A stretch of 64,000 bases of DNA, taken from positions 128,001 to 192,000 of the forward strand of contig DAHVLZ010000009.1 in assembly GCA_027320085.1 (NCBI GenBank), written 5' to 3'. The notes below the pieces were generated by a model. That model was not told the origin of the DNA and did no database searches. It saw only the letters and a program-made list of their open reading frames with translations. Position numbers and translations under genes: made by a program. This document shows, in pieces, positions 9,786-19,451 of the stretch; within the stretch, counting starts at the first letter, position 1, and each line of letters opens with the position of its first letter. The stretch comes from Pseudomonadota bacterium (GTDB taxonomy: Bacteria > Pseudomonadota > Gammaproteobacteria > JAKAQQ01).

Positions 9786-11156
9786 GTGAAAACTCCCCTC
9801 CGGACTGAGCCGGGGTCCGTGACGGACACGGTCGCTCTGCCCGAGGACGTTTCCCTCAGGCTCGCCGACCGGCTCCATGTCCATGCACTGAGACATGGCC
9901 AGGCCACCCTGTGGAACCGCCTGCTTCTGGGACTCACCCTGATCGGACCCGGGATTCTCGTCATGCTGGGTGACAATGATGCGGGCGGGGTGGTGACCTA
10001 CATGCAAACCGGTGCCCGCTACGGAATCGGTCTCTTCGTCCCCCTCATGATCCTCCTGGGATTCGTGGCCTACCTGGTCCAGGAAATGACCATCCGTCTG
10101 GGTGCCGTAACCCGGCGCGGGCACGCTGAGCTCATCTGGAAGCGCTACGGCCCCTTCTGGGGCGCCTTCTCCCTTTTTGATCTCGTGGCTGCGAACGTTC
10201 TCACCCTCATGACGGAGTTCATCGGCATCCGGGTCGCCAGTGCGGTGTTCGGCTGGCCCTACGCCCTGACCATTCCGTTGGGCGCCTTGTTCGTGGTGCT
10301 CTGCCTCGTGTATCTGCGTTACTGGACCTGGGAGCGGATCAGCCTGCTCATCGCGGCCTTCAACCTGGTTTTCATCCCGATCACCCTCCTCTCGCACCCG
10401 GACTGGTCGGCCATCGGACGCAGCCTGGTGGGTGGGGGTTGGATCCTGACGGGCGGATTGCTGGCCCCCGCCTTCCTGATCCTGCTCTCAGCCAACATCG
10501 GAACCACCATCGCACCCTGGCAACTGTTTTTCCAGCAGTCTTGCGTGGTCGACAAGGGACTCTTGGAGAAGGACATCAATGCCGGACGGCGTGATCTCAT
10601 GATCGGCGTGATCGGCATGGTGCTCGTGGCCATGGCGCTCATCATCCTGAGCGGGCAGTACATCCACGGTCAGGCCGGGGCCGACCGTTTCAGCATCGGC
10701 ACCATGATCCATCTCCTGGAGATCCGGCTCGGGCCCTGGATCGCGAGCCTGTTTGCCCTGGGACTTCTCGAGGCCGGCCTCATCGCCTCGATCGTGATCA
10801 CGGCGAGCACCTCGTGGGCGTTCGGCGAAGCCTTTGATATCCCTCGCTCACTCAATGCCCGGCCCCGGCAGGCCTGGGGGTTCTATGCGCCCGGAATTGT
10901 GAGCGTGCTCATCGCAGCTGGCGTGGTGATGATCCATGCCATTCCGCTCGGTTTCCTCAATCTCACAGTCCAGGTGGTCGCCACGATCTTCATGCCGGCT
11001 GCCCTCCTGTTCCTGCTCATGCTGCTCAATGACCGGGAACTCATGGGGGATGAGGTCAATGGACCCGTCCGCAACACCCTGTCCATCGGCCTCATGGCCC
11101 TGCTCATCCTGTGCAACGCACTCTACGGTCTCGCCTCCTTCCACGTCCTTTTCTAG
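9786..11156 (+). CDS. NRAMP-related divalent metal transporter, NRMT (Mg2+-type) subfamily
   Basis: TM1 GDNDAGG (not DPGN) and TM6 IGTTIAPW (not GATIMPH); about 11 TMs; GTG start after GGAGG/AAGG. Confidence 0.85.
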   Translation: MKTPLRTEPGSVTDTVALPEDVSLRLADRLHVHALRHGQATLWNRLLLGLTLIGPGILVMLGDNDAGGVVTYMQTGARYGIGLFVPLMILLGFVAYLVQEMTIRLGAVTRRGHAELIWKRYGPFWGAFSLFDLVAANVLTLMTEFIGIRVASAVFGWPYALTIPLGALFVVLCLVYLRYWTWERISLLIAAFNLVFIPITLLSHPDWSAIGRSLVGGGWILTGGLLAPAFLILLSANIGTTIAPWQLFFQQSCVVDKGLLEKDINAGRRDLMIGVIGMVLVAMALIILSGQYIHGQAGADRFSIGTMIHLLEIRLGPWIASLFALGLLEAGLIASIVITASTSWAFGEAFDIPRSLNARPRQAWGFYAPGIVSVLIAAGVVMIHAIPLGFLNLTVQVVATIFMPAALLFLLMLLNDRELMGDEVNGPVRNTLSIGLMALLILCNALYGLASFHVLF

Positions 11157-11170
11157 GCCAGGTGCCCGTC

Positions 11171-11365
11171 ATGAAAGAACTCGACGAATATGACCCCCAG
11201 CAAATTCGCACTCTCCTCGAGCAGGAGCACTGGCTGGATCCTCTGCCGCCGGTCCGACGGGTTCCGCTGGCGGGTTGGCAGCGGGCGGTCTTCTGGGGGC
11301 TCCGGATCTACATCGTGATCATGATCGTGGTCGTCGCCTGGGGGTTTTCACGCTCTTTCGGTTGA
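11171..11365 (+). CDS. Small single-TM protein downstream of the NRMT gene
   Basis: 64 aa MKELDEYDP...W..PLPP.....L...QR.VFWGLRIYIVIMIVVV; starts 14 bp after the transporter stop. Confidence 0.7.
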   Translation: MKELDEYDPQQIRTLLEQEHWLDPLPPVRRVPLAGWQRAVFWGLRIYIVIMIVVVAWGFSRSFG

Positions 11366-11993
11366 GCCGCGACGTCGTTCGAAATCTGGCCGGTCCGGCC
11401 GTTCTCCGATCCGCCCGGGGGGCGTCACCCCGGTAGAGCCAGGCGAGCTCGGCAGACCACTCCAAGGCGGCGAGATGATGCCAGGCCTCTTCCAGGCTTG
11501 CAGCCGCCGAGTAGACCCCATGGCCCCGCACGATCGCCAGGGGGTACTCCCGCAAGGACTCAGACACCGCCCGGGCCGCATCCTCAAAGGGGGTTTCGCG
11601 GGAACTGTCCACGATCGGTACGCGGGGGAAGCTGAGGCGGCCTTCAAAATCAAGGGGCTCGAATGAACTTTCCCCGAGCAGGCTCATAGCTACGCTGTAA
11701 AGACCATGACCATGAAGCACGGCACCATGGGTTTCCTGCTTGCGATAGGTTGCACAATGGAGGGGGGCATCCCAGGATGCGCCGGCTGGAATTTCCGAAT
11801 CAAGATCCAAAAGAACCAGTTCTGCCTCGGTCAATTCCTCTGCCCAAGCGCCATGCGGGGTGATCCAGACCTGCTTCCCAAGACGGAGAGAGGCGTTCCC
11901 ACTATGGGGATCATTGAGGCCGTACTCCCGCATACGGCGGTAAATCCGTACGAGATCACCGGGTGTCGTGGTGGCAGGGCGTTGGGCCGACAT
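11319..11993 (-). CDS. Class II aldolase/adducin family protein
   Basis: SGNAS.R, LH...Y, VLHGH, IVRGHGV metal-binding histidines. Confidence 0.85.
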   Translation of the reverse strand: MSAQRPATTTPGDLVRIYRRMREYGLNDPHSGNASLRLGKQVWITPHGAWAEELTEAELVLLDLDSEIPAGASWDAPLHCATYRKQETHGAVLHGHGLYSVAMSLLGESSFEPLDFEGRLSFPRVPIVDSSRETPFEDAARAVSESLREYPLAIVRGHGVYSAAASLEEAWHHLAALEWSAELAWLYRGDAPRADRRTAGPARFRTTSRLNRKSVKTPRRRPRS

Positions 11994-11994
11994 C

Positions 11995-12807
11995 TCATAT
12001 CCCCCGTTCGAACCTAATCTGGTGAACCCGGCTGTCGATGCGACCATCGGACCAGAGACGGTAGCTCCGCCAGCCCCCCCAACCGGTCTCGATCATGAAG
12101 TCCGAGCAACCCAGCACGAACTGCATCGCGCTGGAGGGAGTTCCATAGTAGCGGATCCCACCCACGACTGTCTCGAAGGCGGCATGGATATGCCCGAACA
12201 CAACCGCCCGTACCGGCGATCCGTTGAGCTGGGTCACCCAGTTCCGGTCACCCGACGAAAGACCAATCCTATCGAGCCAGGCGGTCCCCGTCTCCACGGG
12301 TGGATGGTGAAGCGCCACCAGCGTCGGGACCGGGGGTTCGTGGGCGAGTGCTTCCACCAGCGCGGCACGGTCACCTACGTCGAGGCGACCCTCCACGTGA
12401 CCTGGCCAGACCGTATTCAGGAGCAGAATGCGCCACGGACCGAGCTGGATGCGCCGGGGCATGAGGGATTCACCGAAGAACTCACGCATGATCCGCTCGT
12501 CATCGTGGTTGCCAGCCAAAACGTACCAGGGAATGGCGGTCCTGGCCATCAGACGCGCGAGTCGACGGTAACTATCCGGGGTACCCTCATGGGCCAAATC
12601 CCCCGTCAGGAGGAGACAGTCTGGCCTCTCCTCTTCCACCAGGGCCGAGCAGATCCGGGCCAGTCGGGCCTCGGGCTGGACTCCGGATTTGAGCCACCCA
12701 TCTGGGTCGGCCAGAAGGTGCGGGTCGGAAATTTGGATGAGGCGGAAACACCTCTCAGCCGAGCAGTCCCGGCCCCGGGTCACACCCAGATCTTGCCTCT
12801 CGGACAC
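11995..12807 (-). CDS. cpdA: 3',5'-cyclic-nucleotide phosphodiesterase (CpdA/Icc metallophosphoesterase)
   Basis: QISDPHL, TGDLA, AGNHD, LHHPP, FGHIH, TPSS..QF; GTG at 12807 with GAGGAG SD. Confidence 0.88.
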   Translation of the reverse strand: MSERQDLGVTRGRDCSAERCFRLIQISDPHLLADPDGWLKSGVQPEARLARICSALVEEERPDCLLLTGDLAHEGTPDSYRRLARLMARTAIPWYVLAGNHDDERIMREFFGESLMPRRIQLGPWRILLLNTVWPGHVEGRLDVGDRAALVEALAHEPPVPTLVALHHPPVETGTAWLDRIGLSSGDRNWVTQLNGSPVRAVVFGHIHAAFETVVGGIRYYGTPSSAMQFVLGCSDFMIETGWGGWRSYRLWSDGRIDSRVHQIRFERGI

Positions 12808-12918
12808 CGGGCAACTCCTCGCAGTGAATCCTGGGGGGGATTCTACCCAGCCGAGTCTAGCCACGGCAAAAGCTTCGCCCAATCGGTTTATGCTAGGACG
12901 GCCGACCGGAGATTCCAC

Positions 12919-14973
12919 ATGCCCAATGACCTCGCCCCCTCCGCAGACGAGATCGCCGTCCACTGGCGCGAAGAACCCCGGATCGATCCTCCTCCGGCCT
13001 TTGCGCCTGAGGCACAGGTCCGCGACCGAACGTTGCGCGACGAGATGGATCCCTCCCACGGACCGGAGGTGTTTCGGGCCTACGCCGACCTGCTCACCTG
13101 GGACCGGCCTTTTGAACGGGTACTGGACGCCACCCGACCGCCCTTCTACCGGTGGTTCACCGGGGGCCACCTCAACGCCTGTGTCAACGCCATCGACAGG
13201 CACCTGCCCGGTGCAGCCAACCGAATCGCCTACCATTTCGTGCCGGAGGACGAATCAGCACCGGTCGAGCACATCACCTATGGCGAGTTGTCCCGTCGCG
13301 TCAACCGCCTGGCCCACCTCCTCCGGGACCGCTTCGCCCTCGCGGCAGGCGATCGGGTCACCCTTTATCTTCCCATGGTCCCCGAACTGCCGGTAGCCAT
13401 GCTTGCCTGTGCCCGGCTCGGAGTCATCCACTCCGTCGTCTTCAGTGGTTTTTCCGGCAAGGCCGCAGGCGACCGGATCGTGGACTCGAACAGTCGTCTG
13501 CTGATCACCATGGACGGCTACTCGCGGGGTGGTCAATGGGTCGATCTCAAGGCCAAAGCTGACCAGGCCGTCGCGGAAAGTCATGCCCAGAACCATCACC
13601 TGGAAGGTCTCCTCGTCTTTGAACGAACCCCTTGCCACTACCGCAGTGAAAGCCCGATCCGCACACCGGGTGAGTTTGTCCTTACTTCCCTGCTTGAGCA
13701 GTCGTCCGGAGATTCCTGCACACCGGTTTCGCGAGAATCCAATGAGGGACTGTTTATCATGTACTCGAGCGGCACGACGGGGCGCCCCAAGGGTTGTTTT
13801 CACGGAACGGGCGGGTACCTCAGCTGGGTCGCCGCCACGACGCGTTACGTTCTGGATCTTAATCCGCGAGACGTTTACTGGTGCATGGCCGACATCGGCT
13901 GGATCACCGGCCACTCCTATATCGTCTATGGCCCACTCATGCTCGGGGCAACCTCCGTCCTCTACGAGGGTCTTCCCCACTGGCCGGACGCTGCACGACC
14001 CTGGAGAATCTCGGAACGGCTTGGGGTCACGATACTGCATACCTCGCCCACCGCGATTCGAGCCCTGCGCCGGCTGGATCCGGATCTGCCGCAGCGCTAC
14101 GCCACATCCTTCCGACTCCTCTGCACCGTGGGCGAACCCATCGAACCGGAAACTTGGCATTGGTATCACGAAACCGTCGGTCACCGTCGGGCTGTGGTCG
14201 TCGATACCTACTGGCAGACCGAGACAGGCGGTCACTTGCTCGCGACCCTGCCCGGTGTCGATGCCATGAAACCCGGGAGCGCCGGCCCCCCGGTGCCGGG
14301 AATCGCCGCCTCGATCTATGATGAGACCGGCCGAAAGCTCCCCCCGGGTTCAGGCCGAGCTGGCCTTTTGGGCATCGAGCATCCCTGGCCTGGTCTCATG
14401 CTCGGGATCTGGAATGATCCCGACCGTTTCCGCAAGACCTATTTTGATCCGCTCCGGAAGGGAACGGAAGCTGATCGCTGGATCTATTGCACGCATGATG
14501 CTGCCACCTGGAGCGCAGATGGGTATTTTCGGATTCTTGGACGCACCGACGACGTCATCAACGTGGCGGGACACCGGCTGGGCAGCAAGGAGATGGAGTC
14601 AGCAGCGCTCAGCGTGACGGGAGTGGCCGAGGCGGCGGTCGTCCCTTACCCCGACCCCGTGAAAGGCGCGGTCCCCCTGCTTTTCATTTCCGCACAAAAA
14701 AGCTGCAAAAACGCCCGTGACCTGGTTCCCGCCGTTACGCGGGCCGTGATCGAAGCCATCGGCCCGATCGCTCGTCCGCACGCCGTGATCCTCGTGACCG
14801 ACCTGCCCAAAACCCGATCCGGAAAAATCATGCGTCGGATCCTCCGGGCGGTCGCCCGGGGAGAGGATGCTGGGGACGTCACCACGCTGGCCAACCCCGA
14901 ATCCGTGGACCCAGTCCGGCAAGCCATCGGAGAAAGTCTCGCGACCAACCCAACCGTTGGAGAGAGATCCTAG
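12919..14973 (+). CDS. acs: Acetate--CoA ligase (acetyl-CoA synthetase)
   Basis: WF.GG.LNACVNAIDRH, YSSGTTGRPKG, DIGWITGHSY, DTYWQTETGG, PKTRSGKIMRR; true start ATG 12919. Confidence 0.93.
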   Translation: MPNDLAPSADEIAVHWREEPRIDPPPAFAPEAQVRDRTLRDEMDPSHGPEVFRAYADLLTWDRPFERVLDATRPPFYRWFTGGHLNACVNAIDRHLPGAANRIAYHFVPEDESAPVEHITYGELSRRVNRLAHLLRDRFALAAGDRVTLYLPMVPELPVAMLACARLGVIHSVVFSGFSGKAAGDRIVDSNSRLLITMDGYSRGGQWVDLKAKADQAVAESHAQNHHLEGLLVFERTPCHYRSESPIRTPGEFVLTSLLEQSSGDSCTPVSRESNEGLFIMYSSGTTGRPKGCFHGTGGYLSWVAATTRYVLDLNPRDVYWCMADIGWITGHSYIVYGPLMLGATSVLYEGLPHWPDAARPWRISERLGVTILHTSPTAIRALRRLDPDLPQRYATSFRLLCTVGEPIEPETWHWYHETVGHRRAVVVDTYWQTETGGHLLATLPGVDAMKPGSAGPPVPGIAASIYDETGRKLPPGSGRAGLLGIEHPWPGLMLGIWNDPDRFRKTYFDPLRKGTEADRWIYCTHDAATWSADGYFRILGRTDDVINVAGHRLGSKEMESAALSVTGVAEAAVVPYPDPVKGAVPLLFISAQKSCKNARDLVPAVTRAVIEAIGPIARPHAVILVTDLPKTRSGKIMRRILRAVARGEDAGDVTTLANPESVDPVRQAIGESLATNPTVGERS

Positions 14974-15188
14974 TCAGGCCCGCCTCGCGCCTTCATTCCT
15001 GCCCGACCTTAACGCACCCTAGGGATTGTAGATCCCGATCCGGGCTTCAACGTAGCGGCGGCAAGCCACGACCTCCCGTTCAGGCGACCGGTGCACAAAA
15101 CCCCTACATCCCAGAGATTTGATCGGCGGCCGACATCTCCGGCGCAACAACCATGACTGGTGGGGTCGTGACCACCAGCGGGTGGAAT

Positions 15189-15887
15189 CTAGCGACGGGG
15201 GGGAGGCTGGGGGGGCGCAGCCGGCGGCAAGGGTGCCGGGGCAGGGGCAGGCCGGGGAAAGAAGGGCGGCCTTGTTCCGATGACGGGCGGCGTGTTCGTC
15301 CCGGGGCAGGTGATTTCATAGCCACAGATACCGAACCCGGCACTCGGTGGGGACAAGTCCGGGGCGGGCTCAGGGGATTGGGCGACAGGAGGCGGCCCAA
15401 GCCCCACTGGGTAAAATCCCAAGGGCGGGTAGAATGCACCCCGTTGTCCGGCGTAGCCCGAAGGGGCAACTTCCGCGCGTCCATTTCCGGGATAAGGTGA
15501 CTGGGGGACGGTTGGGGAGGACCCAGCCTCCTGCTGTTCAAGCATTCGCAAACCTTGTTCCATGGAACGGGCAGCACGCAGACTGGAACGGTAGTCGCGA
15601 CGCGCCTTGCGTGCTGAAACGGGAACCAGTTCAAGGGTCTTCTGCCTGAGGTGGGTCACCCCGGGCTGGTTGCGGGAAGGTGGAGTTCCCGAAAAATGGG
15701 CCACCCCGTGGGGACCCGTCCACTCGTAGATTCTCACCGGAACTGCCTGCCTGGACTCGGCCCTCAGGGGGCCGGTCCAGAAACCGGCCAGTATCGCCAG
15801 CACAAGCACCGCCCACCGGCTGGTCTGCCGAAACCCGGCACTGCGGGCAGGGATCCCATTCATGATCCGGATTCTACGCCTCCCCAC
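15189..15887 (-). CDS. Exported DUF4124-like protein with proline-rich C-terminus
   Basis: Signal peptide, IYEWTGPHGVAHFSGTPP (DUF4124-like Y.W.D..G..HFSD.PP), coiled segment, Pro-rich tail. Confidence 0.6.
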   Translation of the reverse strand: MGRRRIRIMNGIPARSAGFRQTSRWAVLVLAILAGFWTGPLRAESRQAVPVRIYEWTGPHGVAHFSGTPPSRNQPGVTHLRQKTLELVPVSARKARRDYRSSLRAARSMEQGLRMLEQQEAGSSPTVPQSPYPGNGRAEVAPSGYAGQRGAFYPPLGFYPVGLGPPPVAQSPEPAPDLSPPSAGFGICGYEITCPGTNTPPVIGTRPPFFPRPAPAPAPLPPAAPPQPPPRR

Positions 15888-15896
15888 GAAAACCGC

Positions 15897-17042
15897 CTAT
15901 CCCCGCTGTTTTGCGGTCCCCGTCTTGATGGCAGGCGGAATGCGGGCGCCCTGGGCGAGGTGGCGATGCAGGATCGCCACTCGTTCAACCTGTCCCTTTG
16001 CGGCGTAGCGCTCGTAGAATCCGTCTGTCCGGAAATCCGGCACCAGGTTGCGCCATGGCGACAGACGCACCTCCCACCGTTCGATCCGGCCCTCCTCCGG
16101 GTCCCGATCGCTTTCGGCCAGATCGGCTGCCACCCGGATCAGTGCCTTGAGGGTCACAGGACGGGTCACCATGTACCGGCTGTTGCTGCCCCAGGCCGTA
16201 CCAAAGACTTTCTGTGCGGCCTTGAAAAAATCGCGGATCACCCGGTAGTCGCGTTCCGCCTCGCGGGCCGTGGCACCCCCCTTCTCGATGGCCGGCCAGC
16301 GGGCACGGACCCAACGATGCAGTTCATTGAACAGTTCTGCCTGGAGAATCCATTTCTCCTGCTGGCTACGCCCCCCCAACCGGTTGATGCGATAGCGGAG
16401 CGGGCTGTCCGTTGCGCTGTAGAGAGCATCGACGATGCGGGCGGCAAACTTCCGGTCCGGTTCCGCCCACGACACTTTTTCATACAGGTCAATGAGATGG
16501 CTCTTGTTGATCCGGGTCGGCGTGGAGTTGATGATGACGAACATCTCGGTTGCAAAATCTTCGCTGTGCCCATCGAACAGGATGCAGGGGATGTGGAGTG
16601 AGGCTGCCTCCTCTGGTTTTTTTTTGAGGTAGAAGTGCAATGCCGCCAGTCGATGCTGGCCATCGATGATCAGGAACCGGTCGCGGGGCTCACTCAAATT
16701 GCCGACATGGCGGACGCCTGACAGCGGAGTGAATTCCAGGGACTCTTTCGTGAAAAGCAGGATCGTACCGGGAATCGGCGGTTGGGAAATCGCGGTCTCG
16801 TAAAAATTCTGAAGGGCGCGCACCTTGGCCCGGGACAGCTCCCGCTGGAAAGCCCCGTCACTCCGTTCCACCCGTGCGATGAACCGAACGATGTCATCTT
16901 CCGTATCCGTATCTTCCGGACGGATCTGCCCACCTTCCCCATAGAAGCGGGAGATGAACCGGACCCGGTTCAGGAGATCCTGCGCGGTGTAGTTGATGAA
17001 GTAGAAATGGCTGTCTTTCTGTCGAATTTGTGTCGCAAGCAC
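15897..17042 (-). CDS. DGQHR-domain protein (DndB/ParB-like superfamily)
   Basis: FQR.LS..KV.AL..FY, IPGTILL, FLIIDGQHRLAAL, MFVIINST..RI..S; GTG at 17042 with GGAGGTG SD. Confidence 0.88.
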   Translation of the reverse strand: MLATQIRQKDSHFYFINYTAQDLLNRVRFISRFYGEGGQIRPEDTDTEDDIVRFIARVERSDGAFQRELSRAKVRALQNFYETAISQPPIPGTILLFTKESLEFTPLSGVRHVGNLSEPRDRFLIIDGQHRLAALHFYLKKKPEEAASLHIPCILFDGHSEDFATEMFVIINSTPTRINKSHLIDLYEKVSWAEPDRKFAARIVDALYSATDSPLRYRINRLGGRSQQEKWILQAELFNELHRWVRARWPAIEKGGATAREAERDYRVIRDFFKAAQKVFGTAWGSNSRYMVTRPVTLKALIRVAADLAESDRDPEEGRIERWEVRLSPWRNLVPDFRTDGFYERYAAKGQVERVAILHRHLAQGARIPPAIKTGTAKQRG

Positions 17043-17098
17043 GGGGCACCTCCGTTCGGGTTCAGGCGGGGTCCGTCGGTTGCGGACCATCTAGGATT

Positions 17099-18094
17099 CT
17101 ACACAGATTCGCCGGGCCCGGAATGGTGCCGGGCGACCGATTCAACCGGGACCTTCCGGACCCAGGATTCCGGCTGGAGGGTAATGTGACGGATTCCGTA
17201 GCGACTTTCCAGGTGGCGGGCCAGGCGCTCCAGCACGATTGACCAGTCACCCAGGGTTTCTACCATCACGTGAGCGGACAACGCAACCTGTTCAGAAGAA
17301 AGGGCCCAGATATGGAGATCGTGAACGGAAAGCACACCTTCCAGCTGGGACAGGCTTTCCCCGATCCGGATGGCGTCCAGCCCGGGGGGCACACCTTCGA
17401 GAAGGACATGGAGAGCCTGCCGGAACAACCGGACCCCCACGACGAGAATGAGGGCCGCAATGAACAGCGACAGGATTGGATCGATCGGCATCCAACCGGT
17501 CGTAACGATCACGGCACCCGCCGCGATGGCTGCGAGGGAGCCCAAAAGGTCGCCCATGGCATGCCAGAAGGTCATGCGAACATTGAGCGAATCGCGGTGG
17601 GCATGGAGGATCCGGGCTACGCCCAAGTTCAAGATCAAACCACCCGCTCCGATGACCAGCACGGTCCACCCGTTCACCGGTACCGGTTCCGGCCGAAGCA
17701 GGCGCCGGATAGACAGGGTCGCCAGGGCACCGAACAGGGTCAGCATGAGGATGGCGTTGATGGCGGCGGCAATGACTTCCGCCCGACCCCAGCCATAGGT
17801 CTGGTGCTCAGAGGGAGGCCTCCGAGAGAGGCTGGCCCCCGCCATGGCAATGACCAGGGCCAAGGTGTCGACCAGCATATGACCCGAATCACCGAGGAGG
17901 GCGAGAGAGTGAGCCCAGCGAGCAGCGGCAAACTCGATGAGCGCGTAGAGGGCCGTGAGACCCAGGCAGAAAGCCAGCCGCCGGCGCGAGTCGCTCCCCC
18001 CCTCAGCGAATGGATGGTGATGCCAGGAAGGCTCAGCGAGCGGCAAAAGGAGGCAACCTCTTCCTGAGCCATCGCCGGGGAAGCTCACGGACAT
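17099..18094 (-). CDS. Cation diffusion facilitator (ZitB/CzcD-like) metal efflux transporter
   Basis: SLALLGDSGHMLVD, TYGWGRAE, HAMGDLLGS, VHDLHIW, HITLQPE; start uncertain. Confidence 0.92.
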   Translation of the reverse strand: MSVSFPGDGSGRGCLLLPLAEPSWHHHPFAEGGSDSRRRLAFCLGLTALYALIEFAAARWAHSLALLGDSGHMLVDTLALVIAMAGASLSRRPPSEHQTYGWGRAEVIAAAINAILMLTLFGALATLSIRRLLRPEPVPVNGWTVLVIGAGGLILNLGVARILHAHRDSLNVRMTFWHAMGDLLGSLAAIAAGAVIVTTGWMPIDPILSLFIAALILVVGVRLFRQALHVLLEGVPPGLDAIRIGESLSQLEGVLSVHDLHIWALSSEQVALSAHVMVETLGDWSIVLERLARHLESRYGIRHITLQPESWVRKVPVESVARHHSGPGESV

Positions 18095-19310
18095 AGTCCG
18101 GGATTCCACCTGCGTAAGGGAGTGGGGCTTCTCCCTGGATCAGGGGCAGGAGATGGTGCCGGGCCGCTGGTGTCAGGCCGTATCCCCCAGCCCCGATGAA
18201 CTCCGGAGGAAGCGGCCGTTCCCGGTTGGCCACCTGGTCTAGGGCAATCTCTCCAATCCGGAAACGGGGGCGCGAACCGGCTCCGCGCAGGAGGGTCAAC
18301 ATGACGCCATCCGAACCGGTCAGAGCCTTGCGAACCGCCGCCCGACCCACCGCCAGAGCCGCCTCCCAATCGGTCCGGGAAGCCAGGTGCCGGGCAGCAC
18401 GTTGCAGGTAGTCGGATACGGCCCAGTGGTACTTGTATCCGAGACGCGTTCCAACCAGCTGGGCCAGCATCGGCGCCACCCCGCCGAGCTGTGCATGGCC
18501 AAAGGCATCCTTTCCCCCACTCTCGCTGATAAACCGCCCCTCCCGGTCGCGAATCCCCTCGGAGGCGACAATGACGCAGAACCCGCGGGATTCGACCGTT
18601 TCACGTACCCGGGCCAGGAAGTCCTCGGCATCGAACGGTCGCTCCGGAAACAGGATGAGGTGGGGAGGATCTCCAGCCCGCTTCTGCGCGAGGGCCGAGG
18701 CAGCGGCGATCCAGCCGCTGTGCCGACCCATGACCTCGAGGATGAAAACCCGGGTGGAGGTCCGAGACATGGAAGCGACGTCCAGCGCGGCCTCAAATGT
18801 GGAAACCGCGATGTACTTGGCAACCGAACCGTATCCAGGCGAAAAATCCGTTCCGTAGAGGTCGTTGTCGATCGTCTTGGGCAATCCCAAAACCCGGACT
18901 GGGTGACCCCGGCCTTTGCAATATTCGGCGATCTTGCGAGCCGTATCCTGTGAATCACCGCCCCCGTTGTAGAAGAAATAACCGACCTGGTGGGCGACGA
19001 AAACGGCGAAAAGCCTCTCATATTGGCCGGGATTCTTCTCGGGAGTACCCAGTTTGAAACGGCACGAGCCGAAGGCACCGGCCGGAGTATAGGGGAGTCG
19101 CGCAAGCAGGGATTCAGGAATTCTTTTCACATCAACGAGATTCTCCTCGAGAACGCCCACGATCCCATCCGATCCGACGTAAACGTCGCCAACGGATCCT
19201 CTTTTTCTCCGCGCCTCATCAATCAATGCCCAAGCCGTTGCATTGATGACCGACGTCACCCCTCCGGACTGGGCATACAAGATGTTTGCTGGCAAGGATT
19301 TTTTCTTCAT
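18033..19310 (-). CDS. pfp: 6-phosphofructokinase, probably pyrophosphate-dependent
   Basis: YAQSGG.TSVIN, NGGGDS (Asp at the PPi-determinant position), PKTIDND (Lys), EVMGRHSGW. Confidence 0.88.
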   Translation of the reverse strand: MKKKSLPANILYAQSGGVTSVINATAWALIDEARRKRGSVGDVYVGSDGIVGVLEENLVDVKRIPESLLARLPYTPAGAFGSCRFKLGTPEKNPGQYERLFAVFVAHQVGYFFYNGGGDSQDTARKIAEYCKGRGHPVRVLGLPKTIDNDLYGTDFSPGYGSVAKYIAVSTFEAALDVASMSRTSTRVFILEVMGRHSGWIAAASALAQKRAGDPPHLILFPERPFDAEDFLARVRETVESRGFCVIVASEGIRDREGRFISESGGKDAFGHAQLGGVAPMLAQLVGTRLGYKYHWAVSDYLQRAARHLASRTDWEAALAVGRAAVRKALTGSDGVMLTLLRGAGSRPRFRIGEIALDQVANRERPLPPEFIGAGGYGLTPAARHHLLPLIQGEAPLPYAGGIPDYVRELPRRWLRKRLPPFAAR

Positions 19311-19451
19311 GACGCTCCTATCCCCGAGCTGCGGAAGATTGGTACCCGAATCACGATCAAGATGCCTCCGGTTGACGCCGCGCACCGCACGCGGTAGTTT
19401 AGCGCGGCAACTTGAAACCGGCCAACCTCCTCCCTTGATCCGGGTCTATCC

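Noticed and set aside
11968-12918. Apparent 317-aa N-terminal extension making a 1001-aa Acs
   Set aside because: It is the stop-free antisense frame of cpdA; Acs homology starts at ATG 12919.
14974-15260. Possible frameshift in the G-runs at the DUF4124 gene end, and weak stems in the acs-DUF4124 gap
   Set aside because: The annotated frame ends plausibly after a Pro-rich tail; the stems are short and match no family I recognise.
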